A stretch of 64,000 bases of DNA from positions 1,598 to 65,597 of the forward strand of contig CAYORS010000002.1 in NCBI GenBank assembly GCA_964406475.1, given 5' to 3'. The notes under the pieces were generated by a model that was not told the DNA's origin, searched no databases, and saw only the letters and a list, made by a program, of their open reading frames with translations. Source of the DNA: an uncultured Candidatus Saccharibacteria bacterium. GTDB lineage: Bacteria; Patescibacteriota; Minisyncoccia; Phycocordibacterales; CAIRYW01. A program made the translations under genes and the position numbers. Each line of letters begins with the position of its first letter. Positions within the stretch are counted from its first letter, which is position 1. Shown piece after piece: positions 27,916-38,067 of the stretch.

Positions 27916-29991
27916 ATGAATGATTCGGTATTCAATATACAAAGTAAATATGCGCCAGCAGGAGATCAGCCTGGAGCTATCAAGTCACTCACCCAAGGTG
28001 TAAAAAAGGGTCTCAAACATCAAACTTTGCTCGGTGTTACTGGTAGTGGAAAGACATTTACTGTGGCAAACATAATCCAAAACATTGGTAAGCCAACACT
28101 TGTTATCGCTCATAACAAGACTCTCGCTGCACAGCTTGCTCAAGAGTATCGAGAATTCTTCCCCCACAACGCTGTTCATTATTTTGTCTCGTATTACGAC
28201 TATTATCAGCCAGAGGCATACATGAGTGCATCTGACACATATATCGAGAAGGAGGCTCAGATCAACGAAGAGATCGAGCGTCTTCGTCATGCTTCAACTC
28301 AAGCACTACTCACTCGCAAAGATGTCATTATTGTTGCATCAGTTTCTTGTATTTATGGACTCGGCTCCCCCAAAGAATACGAAAAAGTCAATCTCCGTAT
28401 TGATGTTGGTCAAAGGATTAGTCGCAATGATCTCGCTCGTAGATTTATTGATATCCACTTTGAGCGGACGACAGCCGATCTTTCGCCAGGTCAATTCCGT
28501 GCACTTGGAAATACGGTTGAGGTTATGCCGGTAAGTGAGCGAGTAATTTATAAAATTGATTTTAAAGGAGATGAAATTTTCCGAATATATAAAGTCGATG
28601 CGGTAACACGAGCCATTATTGAGGAACTCAATGTATTTTTCCTTTTTCCTGCAAAGCATTTCATTACAGACGAAGCGGGGCAGAAGCGTGCGATAGCAAG
28701 TATTGCAGACGAGCTCAAACAACGTCTTAGAGAACTCGAAAAACTAGGCAAGAATCTCGAAGCCGAGAGACTAAAGAGAAGAACTCAGTATGACCTCGCT
28801 ATGATACGAGAGGTGGGGTACTGTAACGGTATAGAAAACTATTCAAGGCATTTCTCAGACAAAAAGGCAGGTGAAGCTCCGGAGACATTGCTCTCATATT
28901 TTCCTCACAAGGCGGATGGGACACCTGATTTTCTAACTGTGATTGATGAGTCGCATGTCACAGTATCTCAGATAGGCGGGATGTATGCAGGTGATGCAAG
29001 TCGCAAGAAGAATCTCATCGACTTCGGATTTCGCCTCCCGTCTGCTGCAGACAACAGACCACTCAAGTTTGATGAGTTTGAGGCGAGAGTGGGTCAGACT
29101 ATTTACACCACAGCAACTCCGGGTAAATACGAAAAGGAAAAAAGTGAAAACATCGCGGAGCAAGTGATTCGTCCTACAGGACTTATTGATCCAGTGATAC
29201 TGGTCAAACCAGTAACTGAAAGTGGATTGTACAAAGGACAGATCCGTGACTTTATTGAAGAAGCGGAAAAGACTATCAAAAAAGGTTTTCGAGTGATAGC
29301 TACGACTCTCACCAAGAGAATGGCAGAAGATCTCTCAGAATTTTTGAAAGAAAAGAATATCAAGTCCGAGTACTTGCATAGTGATATTCAGACTCTCGAT
29401 AGAATCCAGATTCTTACTGAGTTTCGAAAAGGTAAATTTGATGTGCTCGTGGGTGTGAATCTCTTGCGAGAAGGTTTGGATCTCCCAGAGGTTGCACTTA
29501 TTGGTATCCTTGATGCTGATAAAGAGGGTTTTCTCCGTTCAGAAACTTCACTTATCCAAATCATCGGGCGAGCCGCTCGTAATATTGAGGGGCGAGTGAT
29601 TCTCTATGCAGACCATATGACAAAATCTCTCGAATACGCAATTAACGAGACTGCTCGACGAAGAAAGATTCAGATGGAATATAACGAGAAACATGGCATT
29701 ACTCCAAAGACAATCCTAAAGAGTATTAACGATATCACAGAGACAATTCAGTCTGAAAGAAAAAAGACAATTAATGATCTTCTGTCCGTAGACAGTGTAT
29801 TATTTGAGAAAGATCCAAAAAAATTTATTAAAGAAAAGGAGCGACAGATGGAAGAAGCGGTAGAGGAGCTTGATTTTGAAACCGCTGCGTTACTTCGAGA
29901 TGAGATATCCGAGCTACTTGAAAAGACTGGACTCGAGTCAAGTAGTTTTATACGTAAACCTAAAAAGTCAAATAAAAAATCCCTTCGTTAA
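27916..29991 (+). CDS. uvrB: Excinuclease ABC subunit B
   Basis: GVTGSGKT, FVSYYDYYQPEAY, IDESH, NLLREGLD, C-terminal UVR domain. Confidence 0.98.
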   Translation: MNDSVFNIQSKYAPAGDQPGAIKSLTQGVKKGLKHQTLLGVTGSGKTFTVANIIQNIGKPTLVIAHNKTLAAQLAQEYREFFPHNAVHYFVSYYDYYQPEAYMSASDTYIEKEAQINEEIERLRHASTQALLTRKDVIIVASVSCIYGLGSPKEYEKVNLRIDVGQRISRNDLARRFIDIHFERTTADLSPGQFRALGNTVEVMPVSERVIYKIDFKGDEIFRIYKVDAVTRAIIEELNVFFLFPAKHFITDEAGQKRAIASIADELKQRLRELEKLGKNLEAERLKRRTQYDLAMIREVGYCNGIENYSRHFSDKKAGEAPETLLSYFPHKADGTPDFLTVIDESHVTVSQIGGMYAGDASRKKNLIDFGFRLPSAADNRPLKFDEFEARVGQTIYTTATPGKYEKEKSENIAEQVIRPTGLIDPVILVKPVTESGLYKGQIRDFIEEAEKTIKKGFRVIATTLTKRMAEDLSEFLKEKNIKSEYLHSDIQTLDRIQILTEFRKGKFDVLVGVNLLREGLDLPEVALIGILDADKEGFLRSETSLIQIIGRAARNIEGRVILYADHMTKSLEYAINETARRRKIQMEYNEKHGITPKTILKSINDITETIQSERKKTINDLLSVDSVLFEKDPKKFIKEKERQMEEAVEELDFETAALLRDEISELLEKTGLESSSFIRKPKKSNKKSLR

Positions 29992-30248
29992 GGAAGGGGG
30001 ATTCTCTTTATTGTTCTGCTTCGAGGGTGATAGTAGATTTGCCACTGCGACCTGTGTCCACACCCACACACACAACTCTCAGTCACGACACCTCTCTCAC
30101 CATCGTTGGGAGCTGGTTTGTATCCATGGACTCCAAACATGTATTTTCGACAAGAATGGCATCTATTGTCTTCGATGTGGTGATAGATCAGACGGATTGC
30201 CTTGTAGATGCAAATCCCTACAACGGCTATTAAAAGGAACGGGTTCAT
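29988..30248 (-). CDS. Small hypothetical protein (TM helix plus Zn-ribbon-like Cys)
   Basis: Hydrophobic N-terminus, CHSC...CVCGCGH; occupies the uvrB-uvrA gap. Confidence 0.5.
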   Translation of the reverse strand: MNPFLLIAVVGICIYKAIRLIYHHIEDNRCHSCRKYMFGVHGYKPAPNDGERGVVTESCVCGCGHRSQWQIYYHPRSRTIKRIPLP

Positions 30249-30318
30249 ATTCAGACATATTTAATCATCTTTCTGACTTTTGTCAAATTCCTTATTTCCT
30301 GTTATAATTGCTTTTCAT

Positions 30319-32922
30319 ATGTCACATAAACACGTCAAAAAACTAGATAAAGATATTGAAAAGATTGTTGTCAAAGGTGCGCGGACACACAACCTCAAAA
30401 ACATAACCGTAGAAATGCCCCGTGGCAAAATGATTGCGGTCACAGGTCTTTCTGGCTCTGGTAAATCGTCTTTTGCCTTTGACACTGTATTTGCAGAGGG
30501 ACAGAGACGATATGTTGAATCACTCTCATCGTATGCACGGCAATTTCTCCGTCAGATGCAGAAGCCTGATGTAGACGAGATTACTGGGCTCTCACCAGCT
30601 ATTTCTATTGATCAGAAGTCTCGATCGAACAATCCTCGTTCGACTGTTGCAACAATTACTGAGATCTACGACTATTTACGTATTCTCTTTGCTCGTATCG
30701 GCAAACCTCATTGTCTCGAATGCGGACGAGAGATCAAGAAACTCTCAAAAGAAGAAATCTTTGAAACTATTGTAAATACGGTTAAACATATCGGTGATGA
30801 CAAATCAGCAAAAAAGGTTCTCGGTGTTGAAATAAGTGACCTCACTTTTAAGATATATTCTCCTATTGTTGTTGGTCGCAAGGGTGAGTACTATCAGATG
30901 CTTTATGATCTTTTAGGCAAAGGCTACGAGAGAGTTATGGTAGACGGAGTAGAGAAGAGTCTCCGAGAGAGAATCGAGCTTTCCAAGACCAAGAAACATG
31001 ATATTGATGTATTGGTTGACGAGTTTTACTTTACTGAGCTTCGTGATAACACACCGAGTTTCAAAGAACGTTTGAGTGAAGCGATAGAGAGAGTACTCCA
31101 CGAGTCAGATGGTCTCCTCCGTATCAAGACACCTCATGACAACCATCTCATCTCAAGTAAGTTTATGTGCCCTTATGATGGGTTCTCATATCCAGAAGTG
31201 GAGCCAAGACTTTTTTCATTTAACTCGCCTTATGGGGCATGTCCAGAATGTAATGGACTAGGGACTCGAGAATTTTTTGTAAACGAGTTGTGCAAGGTCT
31301 GTAATGGAGCACGACTACGACCAGAAGCACTCAATGTGCTTATTGGTGATAATGGACTCAACATTGTAAAAATGGTGGCGATGTCAATCAAGGATGCGAC
31401 AATTTTTTTCGATTCACTTGAACTCTCAGAAAAAGAACAAGAAATTTCAAAAGTAGTAGTCAAGGAGATCCAGGCTCGACTCAAATTTATGGTCAATGTT
31501 GGTATCGAATATCTCTCTCTTGATCGGCGTGCCAACACACTCTCTGGCGGTGAGGCTCAGCGTATACGACTCGCATCACAGCTCGGTAGTGGACTTGTTG
31601 GGGCACTCTACGTGCTTGATGAGCCTACAATAGGACTCCATCAGAGAGATAATGACAGACTCATTAAGACATTGCTCCATCTCCGTGATCTCGGTAACAC
31701 AATACTTGTCGTCGAGCACGATGAGGATACTATGTTTGCATCTGATTTTATCGTCGACATTGGTCCTGGTGCGGGCGTTCATGGGGGTAATGTAGTGGTC
31801 TCCGGGTATCTCGATGAGCTCATTACTACAAAGAAGAATGAATCAGATTCACTCACGCTATCATACCTTCGTGGTGAGAACACGGTGGAAATACCAGATG
31901 AGAGGCGAGAACAAGACAAAGGTAAGCTGAAGATTGCGGGGGGCAAAATATTTAATATTACAAATCTAAACGTAGAGATTCCTCTCGGACGTCTCGTGAC
32001 TGTGACTGGTGTGTCAGGTTCGGGCAAGTCATCATTCGTCTATGAAATAGTCCACAAAAACCTCCAAGCGCGACTTGAGCGTAAGCACAGGACAGCCGAG
32101 ACATTTAACTGCACATCGTTTAGTGGCACAGAGTATGTGAGTCGTGCAATCCTCATCGATCAGTCTCCAATCGGGAGAACTCCTCGCTCAAACCCTGTGA
32201 CGTATACGGGTGCGTGGACTCATATCCGAGATCTCTTTGCAGCGACGAGTGAGGCGCGTGTGAGAGGGTGGAACGCTGGACGCTTTTCTTTCAATAGGAA
32301 GGGTGGCCGCTGTGAGACATGTGAAGGTAACGGAATGATAGAAGTGGAGATGCATTTTTTGCCGACTGTGTATGTGACATGTGATGTCTGTAATGGCAAG
32401 AGATTTATGAAAGAAACACTCGAAATCAAATACAAGAAAAAGAGTATCTACGATGTGCTCGAGATGACTATCGAGGAAGCTCTCGAATTCTTCAATGATA
32501 TCCCAGCAGTATATGATCGACTGAGGACCTTGAGTGAAGTGGGTCTTGGTTATATTAAGCTCGGACAGAGTGCAACAACTCTCTCTGGCGGTGAGGCACA
32601 ACGAGTAAAGATTTCCTCTGAGCTTTACAGGAGTCATGTACAGAAAACTATATATCTCCTCGATGAGCCGACTGTAGGACTCCATTATGACGACGTGAAG
32701 AAACTCATTGAAATCCTCCAGACACTCGTAAACAAGGGTAATACCGTAATGGTCATTGAACACAATATGGATCTCATCAAATGCTCTGATTATATTATTG
32801 ATATTGGTCCCGATGGTGGAGAGGGAGGAGGTCAGCTTGTTGCCAAAGGTACACCTGAAGAAGTGGCGAATAACAAAAAGTCATATACAGGACAGTATTT
32901 GAAGAAGATACTTGGTAAATAG
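30319..32922 (+). CDS. uvrA: Excinuclease ABC subunit A (compact form)
   Basis: GLSGSGKSS, two [13 protein letters not shown], zinc fingers. Confidence 0.98.
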   Translation: MSHKHVKKLDKDIEKIVVKGARTHNLKNITVEMPRGKMIAVTGLSGSGKSSFAFDTVFAEGQRRYVESLSSYARQFLRQMQKPDVDEITGLSPAISIDQKSRSNNPRSTVATITEIYDYLRILFARIGKPHCLECGREIKKLSKEEIFETIVNTVKHIGDDKSAKKVLGVEISDLTFKIYSPIVVGRKGEYYQMLYDLLGKGYERVMVDGVEKSLRERIELSKTKKHDIDVLVDEFYFTELRDNTPSFKERLSEAIERVLHESDGLLRIKTPHDNHLISSKFMCPYDGFSYPEVEPRLFSFNSPYGACPECNGLGTREFFVNELCKVCNGARLRPEALNVLIGDNGLNIVKMVAMSIKDATIFFDSLELSEKEQEISKVVVKEIQARLKFMVNVGIEYLSLDRRANTLSGGEAQRIRLASQLGSGLVGALYVLDEPTIGLHQRDNDRLIKTLLHLRDLGNTILVVEHDEDTMFASDFIVDIGPGAGVHGGNVVVSGYLDELITTKKNESDSLTLSYLRGENTVEIPDERREQDKGKLKIAGGKIFNITNLNVEIPLGRLVTVTGVSGSGKSSFVYEIVHKNLQARLERKHRTAETFNCTSFSGTEYVSRAILIDQSPIGRTPRSNPVTYTGAWTHIRDLFAATSEARVRGWNAGRFSFNRKGGRCETCEGNGMIEVEMHFLPTVYVTCDVCNGKRFMKETLEIKYKKKSIYDVLEMTIEEALEFFNDIPAVYDRLRTLSEVGLGYIKLGQSATTLSGGEAQRVKISSELYRSHVQKTIYLLDEPTVGLHYDDVKKLIEILQTLVNKGNTVMVIEHNMDLIKCSDYIIDIGPDGGEGGGQLVAKGTPEEVANNKKSYTGQYLKKILGK

Positions 32923-32982
32923 TGATAGAGAGATTTGTTAATAGAGTATATAATATTTATATACTAGACTGTCATTAATATT

Positions 32983-33405
32983 ATGAATATTTATTTAAAG
33001 ATTTTTATATGGATTGTTGTTCTGCTTCTCGTAGTTTTGGGTGTTGTGTTTTTTGCTACGAGGAAAGTTGTCGCTGCCGGAGATAAGTTCGTTGGTTTGC
33101 TTGCGACAAATACAGAAGAAAGTGTCCATGCGTCATATGATTTGCTCACATCAAATGTCAAGGCAGGTCTTGCATTTGAGGGGTATACAAATATATTTAA
33201 CGGCAAGATTTCTTCTGCTATCATTCCTCCAGCAACATGGATGTCTCGTAGAGTGACTTATGAGGGAGGTTCGCTTCTCGGAGAATTAAAAGGAGTCTTG
33301 GTCTTGGAAGATGGTAATAAAAAGTCTATCGAGCTTGAGCTTCGTAAGGAGAATGGCGAGTGGAAGATCAGTTATTTAGCGATCAAAGAAATTGAAGGTC
33401 AATAG
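32983..33405 (+). CDS. Hypothetical membrane-anchored protein (NTF2-like ending KENGEWKI)
   Basis: N-terminal TM helix; typical C-terminal L.KE.G.WKI strand. Confidence 0.6.
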   Translation: MNIYLKIFIWIVVLLLVVLGVVFFATRKVVAAGDKFVGLLATNTEESVHASYDLLTSNVKAGLAFEGYTNIFNGKISSAIIPPATWMSRRVTYEGGSLLGELKGVLVLEDGNKKSIELELRKENGEWKISYLAIKEIEGQ

Positions 33406-33465
33406 AGTTTTATAAAATAAAAAACCTCATTCTTCTCTTGGAAGAGTGAGGGTGTGGACCTCTGG

Positions 33466-33810
33466 TTACCCGATCCTATCTCGCCTCGGAAGAACTGAAC
33501 AGAACAAAGGAAAGGCGATCGCGAATAGGATGTTCGACCAGATGACGAAGCTCATCATCTGGGTTCCATTCGCTTTAATTTGCTCTGGTGTGGGTAGTAG
33601 GTGCCACATATAGTAGCTCCTTACAGTCCACGCAAGACATAATGCTGACTTGCCCCGCCATGTATCGGCATAGTCAGTTAGGAAGTAAAGCCCAAGAAGT
33701 AGTGGTAGCCCGAAGTAGACCAGGTCTACGACTTTGTTAATGCCCGCTACAAAGCTGTAGGGGATGAGGATTACCAAGATGATTGCTACAGGAACAAGGT
33801 TATTTTTCAT
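33466..33810 (-). CDS. Hypothetical membrane protein
   Basis: 114 aa with several hydrophobic segments; own minus-strand TTGACA/TAATAT-like promoter and hairpin terminator. Confidence 0.6.
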   Translation of the reverse strand: MKNNLVPVAIILVILIPYSFVAGINKVVDLVYFGLPLLLGLYFLTDYADTWRGKSALCLAWTVRSYYMWHLLPTPEQIKANGTQMMSFVIWSNILFAIAFPLFCSVLPRRDRIG

Positions 33811-33926
33811 AGAACAGGATGAGTTGAAGTGTTAAAGAACCATTATATATTATATTACATTTAACTCATAATGTCAATATTTATATCTGTCATTGCATTT
33901 ACCCTTTGTTTTATTAATATATACCC

Positions 33927-35234
33927 ATGACCCTCGATGATTACAAAAAACTCAATCTTCCAGACACCCCAGGTGTCTATTTCTTCTTGAACAAGCAGAA
34001 AAAGATTCTCTATATAGGTAAAGCGACATCACTCCATGATCGTGTGCGGAGCTATTTTTCGTCTGACCTTGTATCTACTCGAGGTAAATTTATAGTAAAG
34101 ATGGTAGAAGAAGCCTACACAATCGACCATAAGACGACAGATTCTGTCCTAGAGGCACTCCTTCTTGAGGCAGATCTCATCAAGAAATTCAGACCGACAT
34201 ATAATACAAAAGAGAAGGACGACAAGAGTTTTCTCTGTATTGCTATTACCAAAGAGAATTTTCCTCGAGTTATCACTATCCGCAAAAAAGATATCGAAAG
34301 CTCTCGATATCTTGCGGTCTATGGTCCATATACAAGCGGGACACAGCTCAAGGAAGCGCTCAGGATAATCAGAAAGATTTTCCCTTATGCAGATGAGAAA
34401 TGCACAGGTCCTAAGTCAGTCCAGGAGCTGGCGGACAAAAGGCAACCTGCTCGCCATGCTGTGCTTGGCAAGTCTTTGGCAGGCGGGAAATCAAAGATAG
34501 GTAACAGGGCGTGCTTCAACTATTCAATAGGACTCTGTCCTGGGGTGTGTGTTGGTGCTGTGACTAAACAGGAATATGCAAAGACAATCCGTCATTTAAG
34601 GACTCTCCTTGAGGGTAAGGTGACCAAGCTTGTGAAAGATCTTGAGAAAGAAATGAATGTATGTGCAAAAGCTAGAGAGTTTGAAAAGGCAAGTAGTATA
34701 AAGAATAAAATTTATGCTCTCACACATATACATGATATATCACTCATCAAGAATGATTATGTTGGCAGCAACAAACCATCTTCGAATGCATTCCGCATAG
34801 AATCTTATGATATCGCACACATGGCAGGTGGAAGTATGGTAGGGGTTATGACTGTGGTAACCGATGGTGAAGTAGACAAGAGTCAGTATCGCAAGTTCAA
34901 AATAGAAAGTGTGAAAGTATCAAATGACACCAAAGCCTTGAGTGAAGTATTGGAGCGCAGACTCAAGCATAGTGAGTGGCAGATGCCGAGCCTTATTGTT
35001 GTTGACGGTGGGACTGCACAGCTTAATGTTATGAACACAGTACTCGATGCACACAACCTCACTATACCTGTAGTGTCTGTCCAAAAGGATGAGCGACATC
35101 AACCCAAGGATATACTTGGTGATCAGACACTTGCCATCAGATATCGAAAGGATATCTTGCTTTCCAATGCCGAGGCACACAGATTTGCAATTGGGTATCA
35201 TAAGAAACTTAGAACAAAGAAATTTTTAAGCTAA
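33927..35234 (+). CDS. uvrC: Excinuclease ABC subunit C (no HhH domain)
   Basis: GIY-YIG (PGVYFF..LYIGKA), Cys cluster, UVR domain, RNase H-like (RIESYDIAH, VDGG), AHRFAI end. Confidence 0.92.
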   Translation: MTLDDYKKLNLPDTPGVYFFLNKQKKILYIGKATSLHDRVRSYFSSDLVSTRGKFIVKMVEEAYTIDHKTTDSVLEALLLEADLIKKFRPTYNTKEKDDKSFLCIAITKENFPRVITIRKKDIESSRYLAVYGPYTSGTQLKEALRIIRKIFPYADEKCTGPKSVQELADKRQPARHAVLGKSLAGGKSKIGNRACFNYSIGLCPGVCVGAVTKQEYAKTIRHLRTLLEGKVTKLVKDLEKEMNVCAKAREFEKASSIKNKIYALTHIHDISLIKNDYVGSNKPSSNAFRIESYDIAHMAGGSMVGVMTVVTDGEVDKSQYRKFKIESVKVSNDTKALSEVLERRLKHSEWQMPSLIVVDGGTAQLNVMNTVLDAHNLTIPVVSVQKDERHQPKDILGDQTLAIRYRKDILLSNAEAHRFAIGYHKKLRTKKFLS

Positions 35235-35280
35235 AGACTAAAAAAAATTCAGAATTTTAAAATAAAAAACCACAAGCGGA

Positions 35281-35525
35281 TTAGGCTTGGGGTATTGAGA
35301 ATAGGTCTTTGAATCTTGCTTTGCAATCCTTGGGATTAAGGATGAAGTATGCACCAACAAGGATGCAAATTCCACCGCATTTTACGGCCAAGATCAGGAT
35401 ACTCCATACCACTCTGGATGATCCAAGTGGAATTGGATTGACTCAAAGCTCGCCATTAGGAGGAAGGCGAATAGGAATAGTGATAAGGCGAGGAGTAGTC
35501 TCCCGATGAAAAGAACAGTTTTCAT
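35281..35525 (-). pseudogene. Frameshifted small membrane protein
   Basis: MKTVLFIGRLLLALSLFLFAFLL... stops at 35394; a second TM-like segment (VVWSILILAVKCGGICILVGAYFIL) continues in another frame to TAA at 35281. Confidence 0.35.
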
Positions 35526-35811
35526 AAGCTAGTGAGAATATACCAATAAAATGAAGGTCTTGCAAACCAAATAATAAGATCAGTAATATTGAAAAATAAA
35601 AAAACTAAGGATCAAATCCCTAGTTTAGGTATCAAATTCTGATTGAATAGGGCTTTGCCTCCCAGACATATCGCTATAAATGCGACGACAAATGTTCCCG
35701 GAAGTTCTGGCAATGCCTCATAGATTGCTTTTGCCCATGGGTAATACATGAGTGCAGACCCACAGAGTAATCTCAGTGCAATGTTTATAACTTCCGATAT
35801 TGTACCACAGA

Positions 35812-36174
35812 CTACTTATGTTTGAGTGTCAGCGCGTGATAGTGTACGTGACCTGGGATACTTAATTTTGAGACACCTTCGAGGAGATAATCGTATTTCT
35901 GATCTTTCATGTAGGTGTTTTTGATTTCGCAGAGCTCCTGATACTCCGCCTCTGTGAGCTCATTGTTTTTGATATGCCTTATTGGAAATAGGATGTGGCA
36001 CGTTTCAGCCACTTCGTCATAGGGAAAATCGTTCTCTATCATGACAAAGTTTGCAAATTTTTTTACCAGTCTTTGTCGTTTTGGATCACAGAAGAAACAT
36101 CCTCCGTCATTGAGTCTGTTTTTGATTGACTCAATATATCGGGTTTCTGTTTCTTTTGTGCGGAGGCTCTGCAT
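35812..36174 (-). CDS. HIT-like family protein
   Basis: CFFC, NDFPY, PGHVHYH histidine triad. Confidence 0.75.
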   Translation of the reverse strand: MQSLRTKETETRYIESIKNRLNDGGCFFCDPKRQRLVKKFANFVMIENDFPYDEVAETCHILFPIRHIKNNELTEAEYQELCEIKNTYMKDQKYDYLLEGVSKLSIPGHVHYHALTLKHK

Positions 36175-36177
36175 AGT

Positions 36178-36627
36178 TTATGCAAATAGGCTATCTACTA
36201 CTTCTTTCACATCAGCTCCGTCTGCTTGACCTTTGAGTTCTTTCATTACTGCTCCTGTAAGTATTCCTGCTTTAGATTTATCAGTGATACCCATTTCTGC
36301 CTTTTTCGCTTCTGCGACTTTGAGGATATCTTCTTTACTTGTTGCCTTTGGGAGGAGAGTTTCTATAACCTTAAGTTCTGCTTGTTCAGCTTCTGCGAGC
36401 TCTGGGCGTCCACCCTTTTCGAATTGTTCGATAGAGTCCTTTCTCTGCTTGGCGAGTCTTTTGAGTACTACCATTGCCTCTTCGTCTGTGAGCATGTCTT
36501 GAGGAGTTTTGCCTTTTGCCATTACTTCACTTGTAAATGCGGCTGAGATGCCACGGTAGACATTGAGTGAGAGTGTATCTTTAGCAATCATTGATTCTTT
36601 AATTTTTGCTTTGATTTGTTCGTGCAT
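36178..36627 (-). CDS. GatB/YqeY domain protein
   Basis: KQRKDSIEQF.KGGR.ELAE.E..EL, G...GAVMKELKGQADG. Confidence 0.95.
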   Translation of the reverse strand: MHEQIKAKIKESMIAKDTLSLNVYRGISAAFTSEVMAKGKTPQDMLTDEEAMVVLKRLAKQRKDSIEQFEKGGRPELAEAEQAELKVIETLLPKATSKEDILKVAEAKKAEMGITDKSKAGILTGAVMKELKGQADGADVKEVVDSLFA

Positions 36628-36650
36628 GGGATTTAAATATTAAAATAAAA

Positions 36651-36919
36651 ATAATTCACTAAAATCTTCATATCAGGTCTTCGCGTAGACTTAACTTGCG
36701 AAACGATAGTGCGCGGAAATACGGATGATGTTATCAACTTGATTTAACCTTTTCTTTGTAAAAATAAATGAGTTGCTGGAAAGTTTGTGAACAAAACCTG
36801 AAACCATTCGCTGCTATCTACATAATTTAATTCGCTTTAACGCTACAACTGCCGGGGCCGTTTAAGTGTTTCTTTGTACCACATCGACAGGCACTGATAT
36901 GAAGATTTTAATGAACTAT
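36651..36919 (-). ncRNA. Candidate structured non-coding RNA, family unidentified
   Basis: 26-bp terminal stem with two G-U wobbles only on the minus strand; TTGACA and extended -10 (TGaTATAAT) just upstream; U-rich tract after the stem; no ORF in the track. Confidence 0.7.
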
Positions 36920-36979
36920 GACCATTATATCATATTACCCTTAATGTCAAATTTCCTTTTGCTGTGAATTTGGTTTAAA

Positions 36980-38065
36980 ATGATAGGTATGGATACAACT
37001 TCAATATTACTAATAGTCATCGCATTACTCATCGTTGCAAACATCTTGTTTGTTGTTATCGGTGGCAAAAAGAAGACCGAAGACAAAGATGATCATATCG
37101 GCTTTAAGCTCCTTCTTGAGCAAATGAACTCACTTCAGAGGGTTGTTGATGAAAAAATGCGTGATTCAACAGTGATGGTGCAGGATTCTATGAAAACACA
37201 GTTTAGTGAATCAGCAAAGATTATCAAAGAAGTAACAGAAGGACTCACTAAGCTTGATGAGACCAACAGGCAGGTGGTGTCATTTGCTGATCAGCTCCAA
37301 AGCCTTCAAGATATTTTGAAGAATCCAAAGCAGAGAGGTATTCTTGGTGAATACTATCTCGAGACTCTACTCAAAAATGTTTTGCCTGCAGGATCATACG
37401 AGATGCAATACAAAATGGGCAAGAACGATAATGGAGATGATCTTATTCCGGATGCTGTTGTGTTCGTCAAGGACAAGATTATTCCTGTTGATTCAAAATT
37501 CTCACTCGAAAACTACAATCGAATAATTGAAGAAAAAAATGAAGTGGAAAGAGAAAAGCTTGAAAAGCTCTTTGTAAACGATCTCAAAAACAGAATTGTC
37601 GAAACATCAAAATACATCCAACCATCGAAGGGTACAATGGATTTCGCTATGATGTTTATTCCGCACGAGTCTATTTACTATGATCTTATCATCAACAAGA
37701 TTGGTGCACTCAAAGATGATAATGAGAATCTCATTCAGCGTGCAGCGAGCAAATATCACGTAATCATAGTCTCTCCTACATCATTCCTTGCGTATCTCCA
37801 GACAGTGCTCCAAGGTCTTAAGGCAATGCAGATAGAGGATAATGTCAAAGATGTTATAAAGAGAGTAAGTGAGTTGGTAACACATCTCAAGCGTTATTCA
37901 GAAATTCATGAGAAGCTCGGGACAAGTATTGGTACCGTCGTCAGCCATTTCAATGCATCATCAAAAGAATTCAAAAAAATTGATAAAGATGTGATGCGTA
38001 TTACAGACAAAGAGCAAGAGATTGGAATCGATATTCAGCTTATTGATAAACCAGAGGAGGAATAA
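36980..38065 (+). CDS. rmuC: DNA recombination protein RmuC
   Basis: TM plus coiled coil, NPKQRGILGE..LE, PD...VDSKF, DFAMMFIP.E, SPTSF. Confidence 0.93.
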   Translation: MIGMDTTSILLIVIALLIVANILFVVIGGKKKTEDKDDHIGFKLLLEQMNSLQRVVDEKMRDSTVMVQDSMKTQFSESAKIIKEVTEGLTKLDETNRQVVSFADQLQSLQDILKNPKQRGILGEYYLETLLKNVLPAGSYEMQYKMGKNDNGDDLIPDAVVFVKDKIIPVDSKFSLENYNRIIEEKNEVEREKLEKLFVNDLKNRIVETSKYIQPSKGTMDFAMMFIPHESIYYDLIINKIGALKDDNENLIQRAASKYHVIIVSPTSFLAYLQTVLQGLKAMQIEDNVKDVIKRVSELVTHLKRYSEIHEKLGTSIGTVVSHFNASSKEFKKIDKDVMRITDKEQEIGIDIQLIDKPEEE

Positions 38066-38067
38066 AA

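Noticed and set aside
29870-30307. 145-aa plus-strand ORF bridging uvrB and uvrA
   Set aside because: Overlaps both genes; the minus-strand 86-aa ORF fits the gap better.
35612-35795. Hydrophobic minus-strand frame (NIALRLLCGSALMYYPW...)
   Set aside because: No convincing start for the full frame; possibly a decayed orphan, too weak to call.
36700-36805. Plus-strand words reminiscent of RNase P RNA (agtgcgcggaaa, ataaatga, acaaaacc)
   Set aside because: The universal GAGGAAAGUCC and the closing GGCUUA elements are absent.
36853-36893. GGGGCCG...TCGACAGG on the plus strand resembles a tmRNA 5' end
   Set aside because: No matching acceptor 3' strand, T-arm, CCA or tag ORF; wobble pairs and the promoter favour the minus strand.
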